From a virus (taxonomy: Duplodnaviria; Caudoviricetes), in the IMG/VR virus record IMGVR_UViG_3300050505_000109, positions 1-59,022 of that record: a DNA stretch of 59,022 nt; one strand, given 5' to 3'. Shown here piece by piece: positions 1 through 9,850 of this stretch. How positions within the stretch are numbered: position 1 is the stretch's first letter; each line of letters starts with the position of its first letter. The notes beneath the pieces are model-generated. The model did not search any database and was not told where the DNA came from. It saw only the letters and a program-made list of their open reading frames with translations. Both the position numbers and the translations under genes were made by a program.

Positions 1-408
<408 letters not shown>

Positions 409-412
<4 letters not shown>

Positions 413-669
413 GACGCCTTCTCCCGGTGAATCTTAGCCGCCGCTTTATCTCCCCGGCGGCGCAGCTCTGCCTCAAACACGTCGTCGGGGATAATCCACT
501 CGACATTGTTCCCGAAGAGAGTGAAGTGGAACGGTGCAGCGTCGGGTCCAGAGTAGAACCTGATCTCTCGACTTAGCGCACCGTTGTAGGAGCCAGTTAT
601 AGGAGTAATCTCGACTTTGCTGGTGTGGTGAACGAAGCCGGAGACGAGGACTGGGTCAGGCTTAGACAT
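409..669 (-). CDS. hypothetical protein
   Basis: 86 aa; tightly packed in the minus-strand operon. Confidence 0.7.
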
Positions 670-885
670 TCACTCCACTCCTAGAGCTTTATAGGCTCGG
701 ATGAGGCGATAGGCAGCGTCGTAGTCAGCAGGGCTTGGGCTGTCGAAAATTGAGCCGCCGCGCTCTCGCATAATCTGTTCAGCAAGACATTCGCGGGCTC
801 GGCCCCAGCTCTCCCGCCGAAGACGATCGTTTTTAATCGCTTCAAGGATGAAAACAGTCTTCGGATCGAGAGCTTCAGTCTCCAC
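670..885 (-). CDS. hypothetical protein
   Basis: 71 aa; GGAG SD; abuts its neighbours. Confidence 0.7.
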   Translation of the reverse strand: METEALDPKTVFILEAIKNDRLRRESWGRARECLAEQIMRERGGSIFDSPSPADYDAAYRLIRAYKALGVE

Positions 886-2155
886 TGGTCATCTCCACTG
901 TCTCGCCGAAGGGCGCCACTCTGCCCTGGTCAGAGATCACCCACAGGACAGGGAAGCCGGGGCCGCCGTCGGGGCCGAAATCTCGGGCTGACATTTGGCC
1001 GTCGGTTAACACAACAGCGCAAACTGGCCTTATATCGTTCTCTTCTGCCCATTCCCAAATCGGGCACATGCTAGTGCCGCCGAAGCCATGTACCGCTACA
1101 GCAGAGGGCAGCTCTTCACCGGCTTGGAACTCGGTCACATGGTGGATGGCGGCGTCACACTCGACGAAGTGGACCTTCTCAGGTTTGACTTCGACTAGGA
1201 TAGAGTTGAGGAAGCCAAGGAAAAGAGGGACGACGGCGGCGGTAGAGCCGCTAGTGTCAATCGCCACTACCAACTCGCCGACGCCCTCTGAGTTGAGGGA
1301 GGGCAAGTAGAGGCCGCGCCAAAGCGAGCGACGAGAGCCGCGAGCCCAAGAATAATCGTCACGACGGCACATGCTGACGAAGTGCCGCAGCATGGCGTAG
1401 GGGTCGAGGTGAGGCCGGATAGGCTCGATGAGGTGTTCGGAGCCGAGAGGTAGGTGGCCTTGGGCTTTGGCGATCTGGGCGGCTTGGCGAGCAATCAGCT
1501 CCCACTTGCGGGCAAGAGCTTCGAGTTGGTCTTGGCGCTGTTGAGGAGATTGAGACGGCGAAGCCGTCGGGTCTTGTCCGGGCTGCGGTGAAGACGGGTC
1601 ACGAACATCGCCGGACATGCCAGCGCCGGCGGCAGGCTGACCTTGGACTTGGTTGCCGCTACCGGGCTGAGGCGGTGGAAGGGTGTTGTATATCTCCTCG
1701 ACAGCGCGGCCAAAATCGGCTGGATCGTTCAATGCTCCCGCAGGGAGTGTGAGGCCATTCTTGGTCAGCTCGGGGTTCAAGGCGCGGTCTGCGGCGATGT
1801 TCCAGTTGCCCGGCTCACGGCTGCCCCGACGCCAGCAATGCCCTTTAACGGCATGGCTGACCTCGTGAGCGATGACGCCCATCAGCTCATCGTCAGTCCA
1901 AGGTTCAATCTTGGTCATGGAGCCGTCGGGCTTAACGCCGACGCCGCCGTTGACGATGAAGTCCGGGTCATAATAGAGGTTGCTGCCGTCGGTGCCGATG
2001 CTGCCGCGCTCCATCATGCTCATGCCGGGATAGGGCACGAGCTTGAGGTGAAGGGCACAGGTTGCCCAGAATACGAAGCGCGGGTTAAGGAGAAGCTGGG
2101 TGCGGGCCTTCGCTATGCGACGGGCGGCCAGTCGATTGATTTCAGCTTGGGTCAT
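875..2155 (-). CDS. DUF2201-type metallopeptidase plus VWA domain protein
   Basis: HExxH (IAHEVSH), WNIAAD, Q/P-rich linker, MIDAS motifs DTSGS, GGTS and LTDG. Confidence 0.9.
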   Translation of the reverse strand: MTQAEINRLAARRIAKARTQLLLNPRFVFWATCALHLKLVPYPGMSMMERGSIGTDGSNLYYDPDFIVNGGVGVKPDGSMTKIEPWTDDELMGVIAHEVSHAVKGHCWRRGSREPGNWNIAADRALNPELTKNGLTLPAGALNDPADFGRAVEEIYNTLPPPQPGSGNQVQGQPAAGAGMSGDVRDPSSPQPGQDPTASPSQSPQQRQDQLEALARKWELIARQAAQIAKAQGHLPLGSEHLIEPIRPHLDPYAMLRHFVSMCRRDDYSWARGSRRSLWRGLYLPSLNSEGVGELVVAIDTSGSTAAVVPLFLGFLNSILVEVKPEKVHFVECDAAIHHVTEFQAGEELPSAVAVHGFGGTSMCPIWEWAEENDIRPVCAVVLTDGQMSARDFGPDGGPGFPVLWVISDQGRVAPFGETVEMTSGD

Positions 2156-2411
2156 GGATGACTCCCTTCGAGATTACCGCTTCGTCAAATGGCTTAACGA
2201 TGGCGAGGTCAGACCCGTCGGTGCCAAGACAGTCTCGGCACATTGAAATGGCCGATGATGCTGTCTCGAAAGCATCATCAATGGACATTTCATGCTCTTC
2301 CTGCCCGCAGCCGCACTCACATTGTCCGCCGGGGAATTGATCCCCGTCGGCGATGAAACTGGCAATCTGTTGAACTATGGCAAGTAGTTCCTCATAAGTT
2401 GGGGTTTTCAT
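2142..2411 (-). CDS. hypothetical protein with CECGCG motif
   Basis: 89 aa; ATGA coupling to the upstream gene. Confidence 0.65.
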   Translation of the reverse strand: MKTPTYEELLAIVQQIASFIADGDQFPGGQCECGCGQEEHEMSIDDAFETASSAISMCRDCLGTDGSDLAIVKPFDEAVISKGVIHDPS

Positions 2412-3304
2412 TCGGCAGCTTCCTTCCTGCTATAGATGCTCGACATAGCATCCATGATCCGAGCGGCCTCATCCCGGACAGATGAGCGAAGCTCATCGTC
2501 GTCTCGGAGCAGGGCTGGCTCGTAGGGGCAGAGGCTCTCTTCAAGCCGCTGCCGCATGGCTTCGATGGCAGGATCGCCGCTGAGATTGAGCCGGGAGAGC
2601 CTTGACACGAGACTGCGGAGGTTCCCGATCAGGGTGTCATGGAAGCGGCCAACGATCTTTCCGGTCTCGGGGTCTTTGCCGTAGGCGGAGAGGCGTTCAT
2701 GGATGTGGGCGACGCATTCTTGCATCTGCTCCCACAGGAAGATCTCAGCTGAGCGGAGTTCGGCCATCGAGCTTTCCTGCAATCGAGCCCGGATTTCCTC
2801 AGCTTCAGCCTCGGAGACGTTGGCGCGGAAGTCGTCACTGTCTGGGACCGGGAAGACCTCCAGGCTGACGTTGAAGCGGGTGCGGACTTCGTCGGCGGTG
2901 GGGTAGTCGTACTCTCGGGCGAGGTCGCCGAGGGCACGCTGGCCGACGGCACAGTGGATGTGCCAGCGGCGGAGGAGATGGTTGACGGCGCCGTCGAATG
3001 ATGCCCGACGGGTTCGCCAGCCATCCATGAAGGGGAGGTAGTTTTCAGTGGGGAGGAGACCGACGCCATCCCAACGCCACGGTAGGGTTTCCTGTCGGAC
3101 AAACGTGCGAAGGGAGCCGGCTTCAGTCAGGATCGGGTCGATGGCGTCCTTGGGCACTAGGAACTTGGAGGTGCGGACAGAGTGCCGATCAGCCTTGTGG
3201 CGATCGGCGGTGTCAGCAGAGGCCGCACGGTCAGTGATCTCTCCCCGCCAAACGCTGATCGAAGGGCGGACAAGGACGGCACGCTCGGATAAAAGGCTAG
3301 GCAT
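2408..3304 (-). CDS. DUF3150-like helical protein
   Basis: N-terminal LSERAVLVRPSISVW, TLPW..GVGLLP, YPT.DEVR.RF, LN...DP motifs; lies between the AAA ATPase and VWA genes; GGGGAG SD before ATG 3304. Confidence 0.7.
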   Translation of the reverse strand: MPSLLSERAVLVRPSISVWRGEITDRAASADTADRHKADRHSVRTSKFLVPKDAIDPILTEAGSLRTFVRQETLPWRWDGVGLLPTENYLPFMDGWRTRRASFDGAVNHLLRRWHIHCAVGQRALGDLAREYDYPTADEVRTRFNVSLEVFPVPDSDDFRANVSEAEAEEIRARLQESSMAELRSAEIFLWEQMQECVAHIHERLSAYGKDPETGKIVGRFHDTLIGNLRSLVSRLSRLNLSGDPAIEAMRQRLEESLCPYEPALLRDDDELRSSVRDEAARIMDAMSSIYSRKEAAE

Positions 3305-3518
3305 TGTTGTTCTCCCCATCGAAAGGCGGCATCGCCAGGAACTTCGCATGATTGTCGAGAGCAAACCGACGGAACCAGTCAGTGAACTCGATCCTGAGAA
3401 CTTCGGGACCGACGGCTTGTTGCTTCAAGGCAGCCTTTAACTGCTGGCATTGTTCCTCGAAAGGAAGGCTGTCGAGCCGTCGGAAGAACTCAGCATATTC
3501 ATGGACGAGCATAGTCAT
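3297..3518 (-). CDS. hypothetical protein
   Basis: 73 aa in operon. Confidence 0.65.
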   Translation of the reverse strand: MTMLVHEYAEFFRRLDSLPFEEQCQQLKAALKQQAVGPEVLRIEFTDWFRRFALDNHAKFLAMPPFDGENNNA

Positions 3519-3522
3519 GGTG

Positions 3523-3630
3523 TCAGTCCCCTGTCAGGAGGAGGAGGGCATAGGCCAGGAAGCCGAGGACGAAAGTGCCGAAGGCTGCTGTCACCCACTC
3601 GACTGAGGGAATATAGCGGGTCCAGTCCAT
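3523..3630 (-). CDS. 35-aa single-TM membrane peptide
   Basis: AGGAG SD; MDWTRYIPSVEWVTAAFGTFVLGFLAYALLLLTGD; fills the operon gap. Confidence 0.65.
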   Translation of the reverse strand: MDWTRYIPSVEWVTAAFGTFVLGFLAYALLLLTGD

Positions 3631-3640
3631 GAGCGGTCTC

Positions 3641-4672
3641 CTAGGAGAGAATGTCGTTGTGCTCGGCGGCGAAGGTCACGAAAGCGTGAGTGTGTTCGAT
3701 CAGCCTTGTCTTGCGGCGATCCTCTGGACTCAGCTTGGCGAGGCGGCCCTGCTGAGTGGCGAGAGCGGACTTGACACAGTAGACCTGGAACTCTGGCATC
3801 ATGCGGCGGAGATAGGTCAGGATGCGGTCAATGGTGGCAGCCGACGCCCTCGATGAGAGGGCGGTGGTGACGGCGTAGAGAGCGCCGGGGTCTTCCGGGA
3901 CCGGAGCGGTGTCTGGGGTCATCAGGATCGTGTCCGGCGACACGAGTTGAACGGCCATAGAGGCGTACATGCTGAACTCAGTGGCGGGGCCTTCGCCGAC
4001 CCATCCTTTGATTGCCTCGAATGGAGGCAGAGCGGGCTCGTAGGCACCACAGAGATCGGCCAGGGCTTCCCATGTCCGAGCTGTAGCGAAGGGGCCGGGA
4101 ATCGACGGATTGAAGGTCACGAAGAGGTCGGGCCGGGAGACGATGAACGCACGGATCAGAGTGGAGCTGTCCCGGCCCGCCATCATCAGGTTCCAGGCAT
4201 CAATGTCTGGCTCGAACTCGATCCAGCCCATCTTGGAAACGAGAGGTTTCGGCATCTGTTGGGTAGCGGCCCGGTCGCTGTCACGATTGCCGGTGGCGAC
4301 AATGAGCCAGTCGGGGCCGATAGTGTCGCGCTCCCAGATCGTGCGGTAGGCGGCAGCCTGGGATAGAGGCGGGGCGGTGGGAAGGTCATCGAAGAGGAGA
4401 AGGCCCTTGCCGGTTGTGGGAATCATGTCAACGAAGGGCAGGCGGGCAGCGTAGGGGCCATCGCCCCGGTCCAGGACGGCGGGGAGGCCGCCGAAGTCGA
4501 GCGGATCAACGATTGTCATGGGCACGGCAAGGAAGCCAATGTCGAGGTCAGAGGCGGCGGCCTTGACACAGGCCGACTTGCCCACTCCTGGAGGACCGCT
4601 GAGGTAAACGGTTTGGCGAAGGCCGGCGGCGTAGAGCTTGGTCAGGTGAGTGCGAACTTCGGCGAACTTCAT
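3641..4672 (-). CDS. MoxR-like AAA+ ATPase
   Basis: Walker A GPPGVGKS, Walker B LLLFDD, sensor ATGNR, PGPFATARTW. Confidence 0.9.
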   Translation of the reverse strand: MKFAEVRTHLTKLYAAGLRQTVYLSGPPGVGKSACVKAAASDLDIGFLAVPMTIVDPLDFGGLPAVLDRGDGPYAARLPFVDMIPTTGKGLLLFDDLPTAPPLSQAAAYRTIWERDTIGPDWLIVATGNRDSDRAATQQMPKPLVSKMGWIEFEPDIDAWNLMMAGRDSSTLIRAFIVSRPDLFVTFNPSIPGPFATARTWEALADLCGAYEPALPPFEAIKGWVGEGPATEFSMYASMAVQLVSPDTILMTPDTAPVPEDPGALYAVTTALSSRASAATIDRILTYLRRMMPEFQVYCVKSALATQQGRLAKLSPEDRRKTRLIEHTHAFVTFAAEHNDILS

Positions 4673-4703
4673 GGTTAGGTACTCCCCCTTGAGTGTTATT
4701 AGG

Positions 4704-5516
4704 CTAGGCGATAGAGCGGAGGTCTTCCTCCGCCGGCGAAGCCGGCTGGAGGCCGGTCAGCTCCCTGAGATACTCCCGGACAGCTTTACGAAGGGCGGGC
4801 TTCATCCTGTCGCTGCCGAGCTTGTGGGCAATGGCACGATGGCCGGTGCGTTGCATGGCACCTTTCAGGATGGCGGCGGTGAAAGTGCGGTCGTAGATGT
4901 AGGCTTTATACGACGGGTCATCGAACACTTCTCCGCTGAATGGGGCAGCGTAGCGATAGTGTCGCCAGAACTTGTCCTGGAGATGCTGCCTGACCCAATC
5001 TTGTGTCAGCAAGATTGTGCCTTTCTCGCCGGCTGGCGGCTGGAAGTCCAACCATTCGGCGAACTTCACGAAGCGGGTTATGTTCCGGCTGATGATGCCG
5101 TCGCGGATAGGGTTATCAGGACAGGCAGGGAGCTTGCCGCCGACGATAGAGAGAGGGCCGGTGAAGGGCTGCATATCTGTCCAGAGGCCAGAAGGCATGA
5201 TGACCCATTCGCCTTGGTAGCTGCTGATAAAGAAGCCCGGCAGGAAGCGATTGAGCCGGTCCTTGATCGCCGGGGTGAACCAGGAGCCGGGATTGACTTC
5301 GATCCGGTGGGCATGAGGGAGGTTCTTTGGCCCGACGGGCTCATTCATCTTCATGCTGGCATTGATGAAGGTCAGGATATTCGTCTGGTGGAGCCGGATG
5401 ACGTAGACATCCTTGGCCTTCCAGAAGCCGGCGGTGGACCGGCCCAGGAGGACCGGCTTCGGCATGGGCAGGTGGTCCACGCCGTCCATGATTGAGTAGA
5501 GGGCTCGTCCTGACAT
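4704..5516 (-). CDS. hypothetical protein
   Basis: 270 aa; GGAGG SD upstream. Confidence 0.75.
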   Translation of the reverse strand: MSGRALYSIMDGVDHLPMPKPVLLGRSTAGFWKAKDVYVIRLHQTNILTFINASMKMNEPVGPKNLPHAHRIEVNPGSWFTPAIKDRLNRFLPGFFISSYQGEWVIMPSGLWTDMQPFTGPLSIVGGKLPACPDNPIRDGIISRNITRFVKFAEWLDFQPPAGEKGTILLTQDWVRQHLQDKFWRHYRYAAPFSGEVFDDPSYKAYIYDRTFTAAILKGAMQRTGHRAIAHKLGSDRMKPALRKAVREYLRELTGLQPASPAEEDLRSIA

Positions 5517-5519
5517 GAC

Positions 5520-5756
5520 CTAAGCCTCCTTGGCTTTCTTGGCCCGACGGGTCTTGGCCTTAGCGGGCTTCTTGGTACAGACCGGGAGGGGCAGGGCTCT
5601 CCTGGCTTCGACTATCTCGGTTAGGCTGAACTTGCCGGTGGGATGCTCGCGCCTTCCTGCTGCGACAGCAGCGGTGGCGACAGTCAGGGATGGTGTGTAG
5701 AGAGTGCCCGTCGGGTGACTGAGTTCATAGCGGGTCTCAGTGATAGGATCAGCCAT
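5520..5756 (-). CDS. hypothetical protein with basic C-terminal tail
   Basis: Likely start MADPITETRY after GGAG; tail KKPAKAKTRRAKKAKEA. Confidence 0.65.
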   Translation of the reverse strand: MADPITETRYELSHPTGTLYTPSLTVATAAVAAGRREHPTGKFSLTEIVEARRALPLPVCTKKPAKAKTRRAKKAKEA

Positions 5757-5760
5757 GATA

Positions 5761-6003
5761 TCAGCTCTCCAGCGAACGAAGTGAGCTCTCCAGGACTGGC
5801 GTAGCCAGTCCAGCGGCGACCTGAGCGGGAGTGAAGGCAGGGTGGAGGCGGAGGTAGGTGTCACGGTGCGCGAGCGTGCGGGTGTAGTTGTCGGGACGGG
5901 CGGTATAGAACACTCGGCCGTCGATCCTACAGAGGAACCATGCGCCTGTGCGCGGTGGCCGGGTGTCGGCGGTGTAGTTGGTATCTGTGGTTGTGCGGTC
6001 CAT
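5761..6003 (-). CDS. hypothetical protein, first gene of the leftward operon
   Basis: 80 aa; GGAAGGA SD upstream. Confidence 0.6.
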   Translation of the reverse strand: MDRTTTDTNYTADTRPPRTGAWFLCRIDGRVFYTARPDNYTRTLAHRDTYLRLHPAFTPAQVAAGLATPVLESSLRSLES

Positions 6004-6029
6004 CGAGGTATCCTTCCCTATTAGGCGGT

Positions 6030-6056
6030 GTCACTTGACGGCGGGTCACTTGACGG
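6030..6056. repeat. Direct repeat GTCACTTGACGG x2 (15-bp period), candidate operator
   Basis: Copies at 6030-6041 and 6045-6056 in the divergent intergenic region. Confidence 0.6.
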
Positions 6057-6564
6057 GGCCGAGCGCCGAATTTGGCCGAAACGCTGGCGTCTTGCAAGCC
6101 GCATGACACTAACTGCGGCGATTTGTCGCGCTTCATTGATTTCATTGAGTTTTTCGGCGCGCGAGCTTTTGTGTGCGCGGGCGCTCGCGTGGGGGGGGGG
6201 CCAGCCCAGAAAAGAGGGGGAATCTCCAGGGCCAAGATGGAGAGAAGTTTTCTTGGTCAAGCTGGGCAGGGATTGTCCGGTGCGGGTCCAGGCGCGAGTG
6301 CGTGAGCGTGTAGGTGTGAGCCCGTCCACCCACGCGCGCAGCACGTGGCGGCGCGCCCGGAAGATACTACCTGCGCGCATTAGGCGGGTGCGCTGCGACC
6401 CCGTGGCGAAATGTCGCACCATGTTCAATAAGCTGCGCCGCCGGTTGACGTTTTCGCGGGAAGGTTCCGGCCTCGGTGCATTTCGCCGCTTTTGGGCATG
6501 ATAGAGCGATGGCGTCGCAGTCAACTAAGCCAGCCAACGCGACACTGGCGATAGGAGAAACACC

Positions 6565-6834
6565 ATGTCTTACAAGCTTAGCGTTGAAGGTTCGGAGCTA
6601 GTCATTCGCATCGCGCTGAATGATGCGAAGCCAGTTCTGTCCAAGTCCGGCAAGTCGCAAGTCATCGCGAGCACGGAAGGTTTCACGAATATCAGCACTC
6701 CGTTCGGCACCGTGAAGATCGGCATGAACGTCATCACTACTGATAACGATTGGACTGGCGGCGCGCGAAGCGGTCCGTTGCCAGAACAGCCCAAGCCGGC
6801 GCTGGTCAAGAACGGCGGGGCCGCCGCGCACTAA
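6565..6834 (+). CDS. Small phage protein of the 'SKSGKS.VIAST.G' type
   Basis: AGGAG SD; recognisable small beta-protein motif; followed by a terminator. Confidence 0.8.
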   Translation: MSYKLSVEGSELVIRIALNDAKPVLSKSGKSQVIASTEGFTNISTPFGTVKIGMNVITTDNDWTGGARSGPLPEQPKPALVKNGGAAAH

Positions 6835-6855
6835 GCTGCGCTCCACCGGCCTACG

Positions 6856-6885
6856 GGGAAGCCGCCTTCGGGCGGCTTTCCTTTT
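6856..6885 (+). terminator. Rho-independent terminator
   Basis: GGGAAGCCGCC-TTCG-GGCGGCTTTCC stem-loop followed by TTTT. Confidence 0.85.
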
Positions 6886-6910
6886 GCCCGACGCGGAAAC
6901 GCCACTGTAC

Positions 6911-6957
6911 CGTTGCGTTAGCTGTCGAGCGGCGCTATCCTGCCAGCTAACGCAACG
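6911..6957. repeat. Perfect 14-bp inverted repeat
   Basis: CGTTGCGTTAGCTG (6911-6924) and CAGCTAACGCAACG (6944-6957). Confidence 0.8.
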
Positions 6958-7078
6958 CCACTGGATACCATAGGATTGACGTAGGCGAGGCTGGGGCGAT
7001 CTTACTTCGATCTAGCTACCTTCCTACTTCGATCATGGTTGAGGCTATCAGAGCGCCACGGGACGCGATCTTACAGGC

Positions 7079-7363
7079 ATGTTTGCCGATCGGGTAGTCG
7101 AACAAGCGGCGGTCCAACAACGTGTTCAGCCTCGCGGTTTTGCTTTGAAGCCGTTTGCTGGCCCTGGAATGCCTCGTCGTGCACCCAGGAAAGGCGCGCG
7201 AGGTATAGCTGGCATCCGATACGATATCTTGCACGGTACTTTGACCGTGCGGGAGTTCACAATGATGGCAACAAGAGTCATAGCAAAGCGGTACAGGATA
7301 ACAAGTAGCGGTGCGAAGTATTGTCGCGCCTATATTGCGAAGCATGGTGCCAGCGTCGAATAG
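7079..7363 (+). CDS. basic hypothetical protein
   Basis: 94-aa ORF; weak SD; uncertain. Confidence 0.4.
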   Translation: MFADRVVEQAAVQQRVQPRGFALKPFAGPGMPRRAPRKGARGIAGIRYDILHGTLTVREFTMMATRVIAKRYRITSSGAKYCRAYIAKHGASVE

Positions 7364-7670
7364 TTCGACGGACACTCTCTCCGCCATCATCGGCTGAATC
7401 TCTCAATCAAATCAACACGATGGCGTAGGCTGGCTGTCGCTGTTCCCCCATCCTATCCCCTGCCACGGCCCCGCTTAGGCCCCTACGCGCACGCGCGCGC
7501 GTTCTGTTGGGGCTCCGCGCGGTGGGAGAGAGGTGGCCCCCTCTTTCCTTCTTCCGGCCAGAAAAATCCTGGATTCCCACTGGCTCAAATAGGACCTTCG
7601 TTCTTCAGCCCAACTCGTGCTATGTTCCTCCCGACCAACCACCTCACCTTATATAGAGGACCTCCATCCC

Positions 7671-7910
7671 ATGCCTTCCATGCCCGATTGGCTCAACGCG
7701 GCGCTCGAAGCTGCCGCTCAACTTCCTCCCGCCCAGCGACTCCCCTTCATCCTCCAGGCTGTCCACAATGAGATGGAGCACGGCGGCGGCACTACGGCGC
7801 CGGTCGCCGTAACTCAGGCTCTCGTCGACGGCGCCGACGCCATCCAGACCGCTCTCGCCGGCAAGGTCGCCAAGCCAGCCGCCGAGCCCGAGAAGGCTGA
7901 CGCAGCCTAG
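7671..7910 (+). CDS. hypothetical protein
   Basis: GAGGA SD; Ala-rich helical, 79 aa. Confidence 0.75.
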   Translation: MPSMPDWLNAALEAAAQLPPAQRLPFILQAVHNEMEHGGGTTAPVAVTQALVDGADAIQTALAGKVAKPAAEPEKADAA

Positions 7911-8024
7911 CCTTATAAGATGGCCCGGCGGTCTCCACCGCCACCGACAGACCGGCGGCCCCGTCCTACGCCGCCGGCCTCTTCGGCTCCGCTGAAGCCG
8001 CCCCGTCCCAGGTAGGAGACCGCC

Positions 8025-8627
8025 GTGCCCGCTATAGCCTCAGGAATCCGTGGTCAAACTCAGCTCGACGATCTCCTTGATTTCAGCGGCACAATAGCCG
8101 TCGGCGGCACCGCCCAGCTGGTCCTCCCCCAGCAGCCCCGTCGAACCTCTCTCTTCATCGCGAATACCTCAGCCACAGACACAATCACGATTGGCCTCGG
8201 CCCCGCGACTGCGACGGCCACTGTGACTAGTCAGACTGTCTCCTCTGTCGCTGTGAACAATGGCGGCACTGGCTATACGGTAGTGCCACAGGTTGTCTTC
8301 CTCGGCGGCGTCATCGCCGGCGACCTCCAGAACGCCCCACAACATCCAGCTGCCGCCCACGCCGTCCTGACCGGCACTTCAGTCAGCTCAATCGTCGTCG
8401 ACGACCCCGGCGCCGGCTACCTCGTCGTCCCTTATGTCTATCTGATGAACCCGCTGCCCCAACTCGGCGGCGGCGCCCTCACCCCTTCGGCGACCGTCGG
8501 CATCCCACTCCTTGCCGGCTGGAACTTCTCGACCAGCGGAATGCTGATCGTGCCCACCTCGGCCGTCGTTATCTACGGCCCCAATGGCACCGACACCTAC
8601 ACGGTGAAAGTCGGCGGGCTGGTCTGA
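8025..8627 (+). CDS. Putative virion decoration protein: small beta domain with inserted GxGY repeat module
   Basis: AGGAG SD; VSSVAVNNGGTGY and VSSIVVDDPGAGY repeats. Confidence 0.7.
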   Translation: MPAIASGIRGQTQLDDLLDFSGTIAVGGTAQLVLPQQPRRTSLFIANTSATDTITIGLGPATATATVTSQTVSSVAVNNGGTGYTVVPQVVFLGGVIAGDLQNAPQHPAAAHAVLTGTSVSSIVVDDPGAGYLVVPYVYLMNPLPQLGGGALTPSATVGIPLLAGWNFSTSGMLIVPTSAVVIYGPNGTDTYTVKVGGLV

Positions 8628-8701
8628 TGGATACATTCCTCTGGTGTCTCTTTGGTACTGCGCCTTGGCTCCCATTCATGTCCGCCATATGGGTGAGTTG
8701 A
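8627..8701 (+). CDS. 24-aa hydrophobic micro-ORF
   Basis: TGATG coupling at both ends; MDTFLWCLFGTAPWLPFMSAIWVS. Confidence 0.45.
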   Translation: MDTFLWCLFGTAPWLPFMSAIWVS

Positions 8702-8784
8702 TGGCTGACGACCTCTTCTACTTCTTCGTCGGCATTCTCGCCGGCCTGATCCTGCTGGACATCTTGGAGCCCCGACGGGAGTGA
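8701..8784 (+). CDS. 27-aa single-TM micro-ORF
   Basis: MADDLFYFFVGILAGLILLDILEPRRE; GTGA overlap with the next gene. Confidence 0.55.
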   Translation: MADDLFYFFVGILAGLILLDILEPRRE

Positions 8785-9086
8785 CCTCTATGCAGCTCTC
8801 TCCACTTCAGCACCGTCGTTGGGCTACTCTCAAAGACACGCTAAAAGCTTTCCGCGCCGCAGAGAACAGCGAGCAGGCTTGGCTTGAGTTGATCTTCGCG
8901 ATCTCGCTCCTTGAGCGGTTCGCCGCCGAGTTTGACCGGGAGTCTAGCCTGGGAGGGATACGGCAAGTCAGCGAGGGGCCTGGACTGAATGAGGACAGGT
9001 GGCACGACGCTTCGGCAGCTGACGAGCAGGTATCTAGTGGCGACCCAGGGGCTCCACCCACTGCTGTCTCTCTCAATTCGGAGTGA
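8781..9086 (+). CDS. hypothetical protein
   Basis: 101 aa; coupled start. Confidence 0.6.
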   Translation: MTSMQLSPLQHRRWATLKDTLKAFRAAENSEQAWLELIFAISLLERFAAEFDRESSLGGIRQVSEGPGLNEDRWHDASAADEQVSSGDPGAPPTAVSLNSE

Positions 9087-9244
9087 GAACAGTGGAGCGC
9101 GCAGCAAGCAGCTGGTGCAGACTGGAGATGCAGTGCTCTGCTAGCTCTAGTAAACGCAGCTCATCCGCTACGCGAAGTGGGCCGCAGCCGATGGTGCTTA
9201 ACAGCCTGCACCCTGTTCATTGGTTTGTGTGAGCCCAACTTGAC

Positions 9245-9385
9245 ATGACCCGACGATTGCCTGACCTCTCTCACTTCCCTCCGCTCTCAGCTCCGCTTCG
9301 AGTGAAGCCACCTCTCTGCTCTGACCGCCGGGCTCGACTCAAGATTCTGCTCACCCTCGCAGTTGTCCTCTGGCGAGGCGGCTGA
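9245..9385 (+). CDS. 46-aa hypothetical peptide
   Basis: Stop overlaps the ATG of 9385 (TGATG). Confidence 0.45.
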   Translation: MTRRLPDLSHFPPLSAPLRVKPPLCSDRRARLKILLTLAVVLWRGG

Positions 9386-9699
9386 TGTCAGCCCTCCCAG
9401 CAGCTCTACCTCTTTCTCCTCTGTCGGCGCAGCCGACAGTGTGGCTCAGCCGTGAGCAAGCCGCCGCCTACATAACTCAGCGCATCGGCGTTCTCATAAC
9501 TTCATCTGTCCTTGCCAACAAAGCCTCCGAGGGCAACGGTCCTCCATATCGCATCTGGGGTGGTAGAGGCGGCCTTGGCAGAGGTGGTCGTGGCCGCTAC
9601 GCCGTCTACAAACCCGCCGATCTCGATGCTTGGATCGAGACTCAATTCCATGAACCTCTGGCGAAGGCGTCCACTCCCAATGGCTCCGACTCCTGCTAA
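9385..9699 (+). CDS. Xis/AlpA-like winged-HTH DNA-binding protein
   Basis: WLSREQAAAYI...LANKASEGNGPPY...AVYKPADLDAWIE. Confidence 0.8.
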   Translation: MSALPAALPLSPLSAQPTVWLSREQAAAYITQRIGVLITSSVLANKASEGNGPPYRIWGGRGGLGRGGRGRYAVYKPADLDAWIETQFHEPLAKASTPNGSDSC

Positions 9700-9850
9700 C
9701 CTCTCTACTCTTCCGACAGGCTACTACCGAGTTCGTAAGAACTCGCGTTGGATCGTAGCTCACTGGAAGCCCGCTGCTGGGCACTGGAATGCCCTCCACA
9801 ATATATTCACTCCACTCTACTTCGATGAGATCGGTGAGAAGGTGGCTTGA
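9680..9850 (+). CDS. hypothetical protein
   Basis: GYYRVR..RWIVAHW..EIGEKV; overlaps the TerL start. Confidence 0.6.
   Translation: MAPTPANLSTLPTGYYRVRKNSRWIVAHWKPAAGHWNALHNIFTPLYFDEIGEKVA

Noticed and set aside
4650-5495. Long antisense ORFs (also 18936..19934, 34784..35677, 43820..44692, 18044..18745)
   Set aside because: Shadows of well-supported opposite-strand genes in GC-rich DNA, with no motifs
6021-6524. ORFs across the divergent intergenic region
   Set aside because: Arg/Ala/Pro-biased translations without SD that overlap repeats and the G10 tract
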